Assembly (NCBI GenBank): GCA_003649205.1
Contig: QMRC01000008.1
Coordinates: forward strand, 20,245 to 84,244
DNA length: 64,000 nt
Reading direction: 5' to 3'
Source: Thermoprotei archaeon
GTDB taxonomy: Archaea > Thermoproteota > Thermoprotei > Thermoproteales > B15-G16
Shown one piece after another: positions 29,350 to 38,044 of this stretch; positions within the stretch are counted from its first letter, which is position 1; each line of letters opens with the position of its first letter. The position numbers and the translations under genes are program-made. The notes under the pieces were generated by a model. That model did not search any database. It was not told the DNA's origin and worked only from the letters and a program-made list of their open reading frames with translations.

Positions 29350-31222
29350 TATTCTCCTAAATGACTTGCTGGTACTCACTGCACCAAATGGCTTCGGGAA
29401 GACTTATGCTGTTGCTGGTGCTGTAGCTAAGTTATCCAGTATGAAGATCTTCGATAGAATATACTTCCTAGCTAATTCACAAGATGCTTGTGGATCTATT
29501 GTACAGAAGTTGAGACATCACAATGCTAAGTTAGTTATCTGGTATGAAGGTATTGAACGTAGCTGTATGAATAAGGAACTTCTTGAAGTGGTAGAGCATT
29601 TAACTGGAGACCCATCTCTTGCATGTCTAGTATGTCCATACAGTATACTGCAACAGAGTAAGAATAGAGAAATAACTCCAGAGACCTTGGTTCGAAGGGT
29701 GTTGAAGTTCTTTGAGGAGCGTGATGTAGCTGTTATTAGGGCTAGAGATGTGAAGATGTACTTACTACCAAATCAAGAAATCTGTGGTCACAGTGTAATT
29801 AGAGCACTTACACTAAGACCTTCTCTAGACTTTAAGATTTATCTAGAGCGACTGAATGTAACACCGATTTTTGTGGCACCTTTCCAGCTCTTTCTAACGT
29901 ACAGTACAGCACAAGTCTTCATGAAGAGTGCTGAGAGATTGAGAAAAGAGCGTAGGTACCTATTCGTATTTGATGAGGCTGATAACTTACTTCTAATGGG
30001 TAAGGTCTACACGATAGAGAAGCCAGATTTTACAGACTTTGACTACGAGATCTTGAATAAGCTATCTCCGTCTACCTATCGTCTTAGTGCTTTCATAGAT
30101 ATCTATACTAAGTTATTTAACATAATTGCGGAGGGTAGGAAGGAGCTTTCTAGGTACGATTCTAGGATTGGTGTTAGTGATATTAAGAGGCAAGTACATG
30201 AGTTACTTAGCTCAAGGACTGTTGAGCGTGTTGTTGCTGGTGTCTGTAAGCGTCTACGTACGATACTTCTTGAGGCTTTGAAGCAGATGAAGAGGACATT
30301 TCTCTTTAGGGCTGTTGAGTCTCTAAATCCCTTCACGCTAAGATTACTTAAGAGCTATGGTGTTCAAGAGTTTGTTAAGTACATTGACTGTGATGTTGTT
30401 CGTAGGAGAAAGGGTAGTCAGGTTGAGGAGGAGGTTACTGCTATTCGTCTTCAGAACTTCTCAATAGTTTCCGACATGGTGTTCAGCAATGAGAAACCTA
30501 TTCGTAAGAGTCAGAAGGTAGTTGTAACTGCTACGTGGTGTGATGACTTAATGCGTAGATTATTCAAGGTAGGTGCAGAGTGTGTGAGGGTTGTCCGTGC
30601 TGTACCTGATAACGTGTACTTTGGTAGATTTGTAATCTATGAAACTGGTAGTAGGGCTCTAGAATCTACAGTATATGGTAAGGGTCAGTTCACATATCGA
30701 GTACTTTACCTAATTAAGAAGGTAATAGATGTCTATGCTGAGAAGTTCGGTATGAAGCCTAGTGGTGTTCTCGTGTGGTTTATGTCTAAGAGGCAATTTA
30801 GAGCATTTCTATCAGTACTTCGAGAGAAGAGGGCTAAGATCTCGATTGAGAGCGATGATTTAGCGAGCATTACAGTTGCTAAGGTTAAGGTGTTACTCAC
30901 ATACCTTGGTTCTAGGATTACCAGAGGTGTTGACCTACCTGACTACGATATCTCCATAGTGTTAGCACCGTTTCTAAGACCTCCTAGATCCTTCGGTGCT
31001 AGATGGCTTGACTGCGACTATGCTAGAGCAATATTCGAGAGCATACAAGCAGTCATGAGAATTGTCAGATCACCATCACCTTCTAGACCAAAGGTTGTAA
31101 TGCTTGAGGATTCACTATTTAAGAGCCCATACAAGGACTATGCACCAGCATGGTTCGTAGACTTCATCAAGAGTGGAAGGAAGTTTATTGAGCTAGATCT
31201 CGTAACTGCTGTATCAATCTAG
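29315..31222 (+). CDS. SF2 helicase (XPD/DinG-like, Cys cluster)
   Basis: APNGFGKT, FDEADN, VTAT, RGVDLP, QAVMRIVR; Cys-rich insert after Walker A. Confidence 0.8.
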   Translation: MVEKYIRIKTDDILLNDLLVLTAPNGFGKTYAVAGAVAKLSSMKIFDRIYFLANSQDACGSIVQKLRHHNAKLVIWYEGIERSCMNKELLEVVEHLTGDPSLACLVCPYSILQQSKNREITPETLVRRVLKFFEERDVAVIRARDVKMYLLPNQEICGHSVIRALTLRPSLDFKIYLERLNVTPIFVAPFQLFLTYSTAQVFMKSAERLRKERRYLFVFDEADNLLLMGKVYTIEKPDFTDFDYEILNKLSPSTYRLSAFIDIYTKLFNIIAEGRKELSRYDSRIGVSDIKRQVHELLSSRTVERVVAGVCKRLRTILLEALKQMKRTFLFRAVESLNPFTLRLLKSYGVQEFVKYIDCDVVRRRKGSQVEEEVTAIRLQNFSIVSDMVFSNEKPIRKSQKVVVTATWCDDLMRRLFKVGAECVRVVRAVPDNVYFGRFVIYETGSRALESTVYGKGQFTYRVLYLIKKVIDVYAEKFGMKPSGVLVWFMSKRQFRAFLSVLREKRAKISIESDDLASITVAKVKVLLTYLGSRITRGVDLPDYDISIVLAPFLRPPRSFGARWLDCDYARAIFESIQAVMRIVRSPSPSRPKVVMLEDSLFKSPYKDYAPAWFVDFIKSGRKFIELDLVTAVSI

Positions 31223-31563
31223 ACGTACTTCATTACCTCTAGCTTTGCTGATGTACTACCTATCTTCGATCCAAGCATCATCAAACCTCCAGTAATGAAG
31301 CCGAAGCTACATACCTCCGCTATATATCTTACTTCGTACATTAGTCCTATTGCTAGTATGATCAACGTGAAGCCTGTTAGTACGTACCCTAGGACGAGAA
31401 TCTTCTTCATTTCCTCTCTAACTACTTTTCTCGCTCCTGTAAGTGCTGACACTATGATCCCTAGCCCGAGGCATGCTAGGAATGGTATAACTGTGTGGAG
31501 TAGTACTGCAAGACCTATACCAAGTACTAGAAATCCTATGAATATGTCTCTATCGAACTTCAC
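31219..31563 (-). CDS. Four-TM membrane protein
   Basis: Hydrophobic; tail EVMKYV. Confidence 0.7.
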   Translation of the reverse strand: MKFDRDIFIGFLVLGIGLAVLLHTVIPFLACLGLGIIVSALTGARKVVREEMKKILVLGYVLTGFTLIILAIGLMYEVRYIAEVCSFGFITGGLMMLGSKIGSTSAKLEVMKYV

Positions 31564-31607
31564 GTAATCACCGTACTTAGCTAGGTGAAGGAACTATTTC
31601 TGTATTT

Positions 31608-32060
31608 CTACGCTGTGAGCATCCTAGCAAATAACTGTGCCCTATCAAGATCGAGGACAATCTCCCTAGCTAGGACAATACATGTGTTATGTTCTAGATC
31701 TACAACACCCTCAATGTCCCTGACCTCTCTGACAACTGTTGAGCATGCTAGCTCTCTATCTGTTAGGTAGAAGATGAACTTTGCACCTATGTGTTTTCTC
31801 TCGATGAATCTCTGTAGATAGCTCTTTATCTTGGGAGGGCTTGTGAATGCTAGACTCCTTGTCTTAACCTTAACGGAGTTCGCTCTTACGAATCTATATT
31901 CCTTGAAGATGGGTACTTCGGTGAATACTGGTGTCTTAGGTATCTTCTTCTTGCAGTACGATGTAGTAAATAGCCTAACTAACCTAGGTTTCTCATTCTC
32001 GTGCAGGAGCACTGCGTAGTACCCTTGCCACTCAAATGTTCTTGGGAGTACGACTATCAT
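31608..32060 (-). CDS. Hypothetical protein
   Basis: RBS AGGAG; ORF. Confidence 0.6.
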   Translation of the reverse strand: MIVVLPRTFEWQGYYAVLLHENEKPRLVRLFTTSYCKKKIPKTPVFTEVPIFKEYRFVRANSVKVKTRSLAFTSPPKIKSYLQRFIERKHIGAKFIFYLTDRELACSTVVREVRDIEGVVDLEHNTCIVLAREIVLDLDRAQLFARMLTA

Positions 32061-32142
32061 TTCTATCTCCTACATTTGCTATCGTTCTTCTAAACTATAA
32101 ACTTCGCTAGATACTGTATATGGAGGTGCTTAGCAACCGATC

Positions 32143-32157
32143 TAAGTCCTAATAAAT
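32143..32157 (+). promoter_or_regulatory. Promoter motif TAAGTCCTAATAAAT
   Basis: Upstream of the RadA-like/Cas4-like operon. Confidence 0.6.
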
Positions 32158-32181
32158 ACTTCTGCAAGTAATCTACTTGAG

Positions 32182-33144
32182 GTGAGTGTGTTGAGTGCGA
32201 GGGGTATTCGTGAGAGGTTGAGGGAGAAGGCTAGGGAGATTGAGGCTGAGGAGATGGAGGAGGAGAGGAGACCAGAGCTAGATCTCTACACCTTAGTCAG
32301 CATGGTGGCACCACACGAGGCATTGATGCTGTTTGGGGGTACGAGGACAGGTAAGACTACGTTCTGTTACGTGGTCGTTAGGGAGGCAGTTGAGAAGTAT
32401 GGTCTAGATGCAGTGTACATAGATACTGAGGGTAATCTACACTGGAAGCTACCTCCAAAGGCACTGTACTACCGTGTATCAGGGCTAGATGACCTAAATG
32501 CAGTGATCAATGAGGTACATAGGAAGTTGATTAGGGAGGAGATTGGGCAGAATGGTCTCGTAGTAGTAGTTGACTCTCTTGAGGCGCCTGTACTGAGGTC
32601 AGCGGGCTCTAGTAGGAGCTTCTATTACAGAGCACAGGCATTTATGACACGTACAGTGCTTGGTGATAGGTTGATCGCTATTGCTAATGAGTACTCTAAG
32701 AAGTACGATAAGCCATTTACAATACTGATAACTGAGCACGCTAGATCTGAGATCGGTCTATCTAGGTTAATTGAGCAGGCAGTGAGCAGTGCTAGGGGTG
32801 AGGAAGGTGAGGGGAGGAGGAGTAGGTTCATTCGTCCTGAGGAGGTACCTCCTGAGATCAGGTTGCTGTACACGAGACCTAAGGGAGGTTCACTGCTGTA
32901 CCTAATAAAGGACATCTGGGTTACTGAGCAACTTGAGGCATATGCTGATGAGAGTGGTTACAAGAGGACGACATGTGGTGTCTATGCATGGGGTTCGAGA
33001 GCGTATGCTAGGATGGAGAGGGTTGCAACATTGAACATAGAGACTATACCTGAGCGAGGTAGGAGGAGAGTTAGGATTACCTACAAGATACATGCAACAC
33101 CAATACCCTTATTTGGTGTTGAGCCAGAGATAGCTCCTGAGTAA
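32182..33144 (+). CDS. RecA/RadA(B)-like recombinase ATPase
   Basis: Walker A GGTRTGKT, YIDTEG, Walker B VVVDSL. Confidence 0.85.
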   Translation: MSVLSARGIRERLREKAREIEAEEMEEERRPELDLYTLVSMVAPHEALMLFGGTRTGKTTFCYVVVREAVEKYGLDAVYIDTEGNLHWKLPPKALYYRVSGLDDLNAVINEVHRKLIREEIGQNGLVVVVDSLEAPVLRSAGSSRSFYYRAQAFMTRTVLGDRLIAIANEYSKKYDKPFTILITEHARSEIGLSRLIEQAVSSARGEEGEGRRSRFIRPEEVPPEIRLLYTRPKGGSLLYLIKDIWVTEQLEAYADESGYKRTTCGVYAWGSRAYARMERVATLNIETIPERGRRRVRITYKIHATPIPLFGVEPEIAPE

Positions 33145-33145
33145 C

Positions 33146-34018
33146 ATGCTCAGTAAGGAGCAACCAAGCCCAATACCCTACAGATTTTTCTTCCCCTTCA
33201 TCCAGTCCGTACTCTATGCAAGTAAGTTGACTCTATCTGAGCTACTTCTCCTATGTAGGAGAGAGCTTAAGATTCGTGAGGTTAGGGGAACAAACCTATA
33301 TGTTGTTAGGTCTAGACTACACAAGCTAGGTTTCATAAACGTCAGCGACATATCAAGCTACGTCTACTGTCCAAGACGGTTCTGGTACATGTACAGGTTG
33401 TTAGGTGATGAGGTTAAGGGAGTGATAATATGTGATAGGTATCAGCTACGTAGACTACTAGTCGGTACATATGCACACCTGTGCTTCAGAAACTTCGTGA
33501 ACTACCTAACCTCAAAGCTCCGTTCACTAGGTGCAGATCCACATCTCTACACAGAAGACGAGCTTTACGACTACGAGTACGGTCTAGCAGGGCACGTAGA
33601 TCTAGTCTACGTAGATCCACACGAGGACTACGCTGTCGTCTACGAGCTTAAGTCGAGCTACAGACGTAGAGTACACGATACCTACATTGCTCAAGTACTT
33701 AGCTACTGCTACCTAGTTGAGAAGGCTAAGGACGTAGTAGTTGATAGAGGTTACATAGTTAACTGCTCTGGAATGTGGAGAATACCCTATGCAGGAGATG
33801 AGAGGTCACTCATAAGAGACCTACTTAAGGAAGTACGTAGATGCATCATCAAGGATGAACCCCCTAGTGAGGAGGAATCTGCTAGAGTGGAGAACATAAA
33901 TAAGTGTAGAGTCTGCGGATTCAGATGCATCTGTCTTCAAGATCTCGAAACCGAGAAGAAGCTAAGGTCTAGACTTGTCGAGGAGTTTCCTGAAATACGT
34001 AGAGTGCTGAGAAGATAG
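33146..34018 (+). CDS. Cas4-like PD-(D/E)xK exonuclease (Fe-S)
   Basis: SYVYCPRRFW, GTYAH, GHVDLV, YELKS, QVLSY, C-terminal CRVCGFRCIC. Confidence 0.85.
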   Translation: MLSKEQPSPIPYRFFFPFIQSVLYASKLTLSELLLLCRRELKIREVRGTNLYVVRSRLHKLGFINVSDISSYVYCPRRFWYMYRLLGDEVKGVIICDRYQLRRLLVGTYAHLCFRNFVNYLTSKLRSLGADPHLYTEDELYDYEYGLAGHVDLVYVDPHEDYAVVYELKSSYRRRVHDTYIAQVLSYCYLVEKAKDVVVDRGYIVNCSGMWRIPYAGDERSLIRDLLKEVRRCIIKDEPPSEEESARVENINKCRVCGFRCICLQDLETEKKLRSRLVEEFPEIRRVLRR

Positions 34019-34189
34019 GTGATCTAGAAACTGCTTCTTAGTCACAAACAACCTACCACAGACTGGACACTTGAAGCAGTAACCATACCTAAACTCATAG
34101 ACCTTAATCGTCCTCTCAGCCAACTTCCTCCTACTAGTCACGAATATACGTAGTACAGTTCTAGATTTAAGGACATCTAGCACAAGCAC
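33962..34189 (-). CDS. C2H2 zinc-finger protein
   Basis: FKCPVCGRLFVTKKQFLDHLSSQH. Confidence 0.7.
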   Translation of the reverse strand: MLVLDVLKSRTVLRIFVTSRRKLAERTIKVYEFRYGYCFKCPVCGRLFVTKKQFLDHLSSQHSTYFRKLLDKSRP

Positions 34190-34275
34190 TCATGCAACTC
34201 AAGAGAGGTACAACTGTACTTCACTAGCAGAAATCTAAATATTTCACCTACAAATATATTTGTTGGTGATTTCGT

Positions 34276-34647
34276 ATGAGTGGTGTAGGTACTAATGGAA
34301 AGGTATTGGAGGTTGATGTAGAGGTAGTGACGTACTTCAGGGCGAAGTTCAGGAGGAGTAGTAAGGGGTTACAGCACTATAGGTGCTTTGTTGAGTACCT
34401 TGAGAATAGACTCTTCGGTGAGCGTGGTAGGGTAGTAACCTTGAGGGCTAGGCAGTTGACGGAGTATGCTAGTCAGAGATTGAGGACGAGTGACTCCAGA
34501 GCTGGTTTCTATGCGTACCACTTCATTAAGCTGATTGGTAAGCTGTTGAAGAGAGATGTTGAGTGCAATGGAAGAGGTACCTTTATTCAAGTGAGTAGAA
34601 GTGAACTTGAGGAGCTGGTACCAGTCTTGAGAAGTCTCGTGAGGTGA
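34276..34647 (+). CDS. Putative DNA-binding (winged-helix-like) protein co-transcribed with the RAMP gene
   Basis: Basic helical ORF; its stop overlaps the RAMP start (GTGA). Confidence 0.55.
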   Translation: MSGVGTNGKVLEVDVEVVTYFRAKFRRSSKGLQHYRCFVEYLENRLFGERGRVVTLRARQLTEYASQRLRTSDSRAGFYAYHFIKLIGKLLKRDVECNGRGTFIQVSRSELEELVPVLRSLVR

Positions 34648-35270
34648 AGTACATGAGTAGGAGTAGTGTAGGTACCACACCTAAACCACAAATTCCACAC
34701 TTGATACAAGGTCAGGAGGGTGAGCTAGCTCTCCTCGTTATCTGGATGAGGACTATTACGCCAGTCATAGCACCAGCAATGTGTAAGTCAGCTATACAGC
34801 TCTATGCTAGGATTAGGGGGCTAGAGAAGAAGTACGGTAGAGAACTCCTAGATCACGTAGATAGGTTGTTCAAGGGATTTAAGTGCCCAATTCACGGTAC
34901 AGTTGAGCCTTGTCTAGATGGTTCGACGCTGAAGTCCGTGATAAATAACTACCTGAGGTTATTCGGTAGAAAGTACATCACATACGGCATATTCTTCAGC
35001 GAGGACTCGTGCTCATGTGAAACTAGGATCATAACGACTATGAAGAAGGTTAAGAGAGGTAATAAGGAGGAGACTGTCTTAGTTAAGAACCCACTAACCT
35101 ACGAATTCATCGCACCTGAGCAAGAACTTCACGGAGTCTTAGCGACAAACGACAGAGAGGTAATCAATAAACTATCGACACTTGTCAACAAGGTAGTCAT
35201 CATTGGAGGAAGAGTATCGAGAGGCTTCGGTAGAGTCCTAGTTGAAAGAGTGGAAGCAGTACAAATATAA
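34644..35270 (+). CDS. Stand-alone RAMP-superfamily protein (Cas7/Csm3-like)
   Basis: Beta1 VIWMRTITPV (TP motif); PCLDGSTLKSVI (cf. P-x-IPGSSLKG); thumb ETRI..YEFIAP; C-terminal glycine loop IGGRVSRGFGRV. All in the canonical order. Confidence 0.8.
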   Translation: MKYMSRSSVGTTPKPQIPHLIQGQEGELALLVIWMRTITPVIAPAMCKSAIQLYARIRGLEKKYGRELLDHVDRLFKGFKCPIHGTVEPCLDGSTLKSVINNYLRLFGRKYITYGIFFSEDSCSCETRIITTMKKVKRGNKEETVLVKNPLTYEFIAPEQELHGVLATNDREVINKLSTLVNKVVIIGGRVSRGFGRVLVERVEAVQI

Positions 35271-35304
35271 AATCACACCTCTCTTTTCCTTTTTAAGAAT
35301 AGAA

Positions 35305-35721
35305 TGAGGGGTGCTTACCTCGATGAAGTATCTGGAGTTGGTGATAACTAGCTATTAGTACATGCTTTACGCTATGTAGTCCTTAACTACTCATTTACCA
35401 TTCTTCCTTGAATATTCATTCTATACAGTACCTTATGTAGCATAATTATATTAGAAGTTGTGTAGTGGGAATTACCTCAGTTGGAGGGGAGGTACTTGCT
35501 CCCTGATGATAAGTAGTATGCGGAGAATCCTTCGTATCAAGTAATGTATAGCGAATCCTTCATATTGGGTATGATGTCTTTGGTACACTGTATAGTGCTC
35601 ACACTTTCAAGTACCTTGCAAAATGAAGTACATTCACCATGCATACTAACATGTTGTAATTCATAAATTAGGCATTCCTAATTCATGCTAGGTTGTCATC
35701 CGTAACACATTGCTACTGTTT
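35305..35721 (+). ncRNA. Putative guide-RNA array 1: two units, each a GAGGGG..CC..GATGA handle followed by 17 or 30 heptamers NNTNNNN
   Basis: Unit 1 (35329-35447): 15 T + 2 C at heptamer position 3 of 17. Unit 2 (35512-35721): 26 T, 3 C, 1 A of 30. Register set by the GATGA of each handle. Starts about 35 nt after the RAMP stop. RNA status and strand are inferred. Confidence 0.8.
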
Positions 35722-35744
35722 ACCTAGTGTCCAGTGTATGTGAG

Positions 35745-36086
35745 CTATATTGTGTATGTTGGTTTCTCTAGTTCTGGTGTTGTGTTTGTGATTGGTTCAA
35801 TGACTGTATCTCCAAGTATTGCATTCACTATGTTTGACGCTATGACGCATAGGTGTGCAGTTGCTGTATTTAGGTACTTAGCGAGGTCTATCAACACATT
35901 TGGGTCACTATACCTTATCTCAATAGTTGATCCACGTAGGTTCACTACAGCTCTACCACTACACACCTTCGCAAATGTACTTAGTACCTCACGAATTATG
36001 TGCTGAATCTCAGGTTCAAGTCTGTGCATTTCGATAATTAACGAGTTCCTATCTACCTCAACTCTAAAACCAACCTTCCTCTTCAT
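35745..36086 (-). CDS. Hypothetical protein
   Basis: ORF between array 1 and nrdD. Confidence 0.6.
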   Translation of the reverse strand: MKRKVGFRVEVDRNSLIIEMHRLEPEIQHIIREVLSTFAKVCSGRAVVNLRGSTIEIRYSDPNVLIDLAKYLNTATAHLCVIASNIVNAILGDTVIEPITNTTPELEKPTYTI

Positions 36087-36147
36087 GGTACCCTGTGCAC
36101 AAAGTCGTGTTAACTAATTTATATTCTCTTACCTCTAGCTAACGTAC

Positions 36148-36162
36148 TAACCCCTAATAAAT
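36148..36162 (+). promoter_or_regulatory. Promoter motif TAACCCCTAATAAAT
   Basis: Upstream of nrdD; same core as the 28261 motif. Confidence 0.65.
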
Positions 36163-36176
36163 TCTTTAGGAAATAT

Positions 36177-38015
36177 ATGTTCGGTGATTCGATGAGCTTA
36201 GTAGAGCAGTACATTAAGGATCTTGACTGGGAAGTGCGGGAGAATGCTAACATGAGGAGAAGCTTCACACACCTAATAACGTACCTAGGTACCAAAGTTC
36301 TGAAGGACTACACACCAAAGGTCTTCGGTGAGAAAGCTTGGAAGTTACATTGTGATGGCTGGATTCACATACATAAGCTTCCGTTCAGCCTATTGATACC
36401 GTACTGCTTTGGCATAAACACTGCTAAGTTACTGCTTCTAGGTCTACCTACGGAGACAGTTGCCTCTAACCCTGCTAAGCACTTGATATCTGCTTGTGAC
36501 CACATAAAATCACTGACGGTTATCATAAGCCAAGAGTTTAGTGGTGCAACTGCTCTCTCAGCAATTGACCTATACCTAGCACCGTTACTCGCAGAAGACA
36601 TGAAGTTCATTGGAGATGGTAGAGTACTTGAGTGGTACGTAAAGCAAGCACTTGAGGAACTTACATGGGACATAAACTACCCGTATCGCTACGGTTATCA
36701 ATCACCATTCGTGAACCTATTCATCAACTACACGTCGAGCAAGAAGATACTGGATGAACCAGCAATTGTAGGAGGTAAAGTACTTGAGAACACTAGGCTA
36801 GGTGACTACCTCGACTACGCAGAGAAGCTAATCAAGGTTTACTGCAGGTTACTTCTACACGGTGATGCATGGGGTAGACCATTCACATTCCCAATACTGT
36901 CAATCTTCCCAACGAAGGAAATAATGGAGAGCCCCATATGGGAGGACATAGCTCTGTTAACAGCTAAGCGAGGAACATTCTATTTCCTAAATCCAAATGT
37001 CGTAAATCCAGATGACATGTTCTCAATGTGTTGTAGGCTGACTATTAACCACGCTAAGGTTGCTGTTAGGTGTAGGGGTATGTGGACTATACCTGATGAG
37101 ACGGGTAGCATTGGTGTAGTCACGATTAACATGGCTAGGATCGGTATGGAGGCTGTTAAGAGAGGTGATGAGAAGTACATCTATGACCTATTGCTTGAGC
37201 TATTGGGTGAGTGTAGGAAGATTCTAACCATCATGAGGAATAGGTACTATGTGACGATGAACGAGCTAGATATGATGCCTCTAGCTAAGAAGCTAGGTGT
37301 TAGGCTAGAGAACTTCTACAGCACTGTAGGTCTAGTAGCACTACCTGAGTTCGTTAGCGTTGTACTGCAGAGACCGAGGCTATGGTATATAGAGGATAGA
37401 GGTGTTGCTAAGGAAGTCGTGAAGATTTACAGAGACGTACTAACGTTTGTGAACAAGGTGCTTGATGAGTGGGAGAGAGAGGACAATGTGCTGTATAATG
37501 TCGAGCAGGTACCAGCAGAGTCTGCATCGTATAGGCTAGCTGTTCTAGACTATGAGAAGTATCCAGAGTTCAGGAGCTATATACCAGTTGAGGTACCTAT
37601 GTACGGTAGTGAGAAGGTACCCTTCTACAGCAGTCAGAATACACCAAGCTACAGTACGTGGGATCTGAGGCTACAGCTAGAGATTGAGTCTGAGGTACAA
37701 CCGCTCTTCACAGGAGGTGTCATGAAGCACATATTCTTAGGTAGAGAGCTAAGTGTAGATGAGGTCACGAAGTTCGTTAGGCACATCACTGAGAACACGA
37801 AGATAGTGTACTTCAGCTTAACACCAGTACAGACAACATGCAATGACTGTGGCTTCTGGACAACAGGCATGTATACTAGATGTCCAAAGTGTGGAAGTGC
37901 TAAGGTAGATATCTGGAGTAGAATAGTGGGATACTACAGACCAGTGAGAATGTGGAACATAGGTAGGAGAGCAGAATTCAGAACCAGACAACACTACATG
38001 AACATACCAATTTAA
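36177..38015 (+). CDS. nrdD: Anaerobic (class III) ribonucleoside-triphosphate reductase, no ATP cone
   Basis: RENAN, IHIHKL..PYC, FTFPI, SMCCRL, GSIGVVTIN, EQVPAES, CNDC..CPKC, glycyl-radical motif SRIVGYYRP. Confidence 0.95.
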   Translation: MFGDSMSLVEQYIKDLDWEVRENANMRRSFTHLITYLGTKVLKDYTPKVFGEKAWKLHCDGWIHIHKLPFSLLIPYCFGINTAKLLLLGLPTETVASNPAKHLISACDHIKSLTVIISQEFSGATALSAIDLYLAPLLAEDMKFIGDGRVLEWYVKQALEELTWDINYPYRYGYQSPFVNLFINYTSSKKILDEPAIVGGKVLENTRLGDYLDYAEKLIKVYCRLLLHGDAWGRPFTFPILSIFPTKEIMESPIWEDIALLTAKRGTFYFLNPNVVNPDDMFSMCCRLTINHAKVAVRCRGMWTIPDETGSIGVVTINMARIGMEAVKRGDEKYIYDLLLELLGECRKILTIMRNRYYVTMNELDMMPLAKKLGVRLENFYSTVGLVALPEFVSVVLQRPRLWYIEDRGVAKEVVKIYRDVLTFVNKVLDEWEREDNVLYNVEQVPAESASYRLAVLDYEKYPEFRSYIPVEVPMYGSEKVPFYSSQNTPSYSTWDLRLQLEIESEVQPLFTGGVMKHIFLGRELSVDEVTKFVRHITENTKIVYFSLTPVQTTCNDCGFWTTGMYTRCPKCGSAKVDIWSRIVGYYRPVRMWNIGRRAEFRTRQHYMNIPI

Positions 38016-38044
38016 CCACCCTCGACACCTATTCTTCAAACAAT

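Noticed and set aside
35305-35721. TIGR array
   Set aside because: C/D-like boxes are present, but unit length is far above about 36 nt and no Nop-domain protein was recognised.
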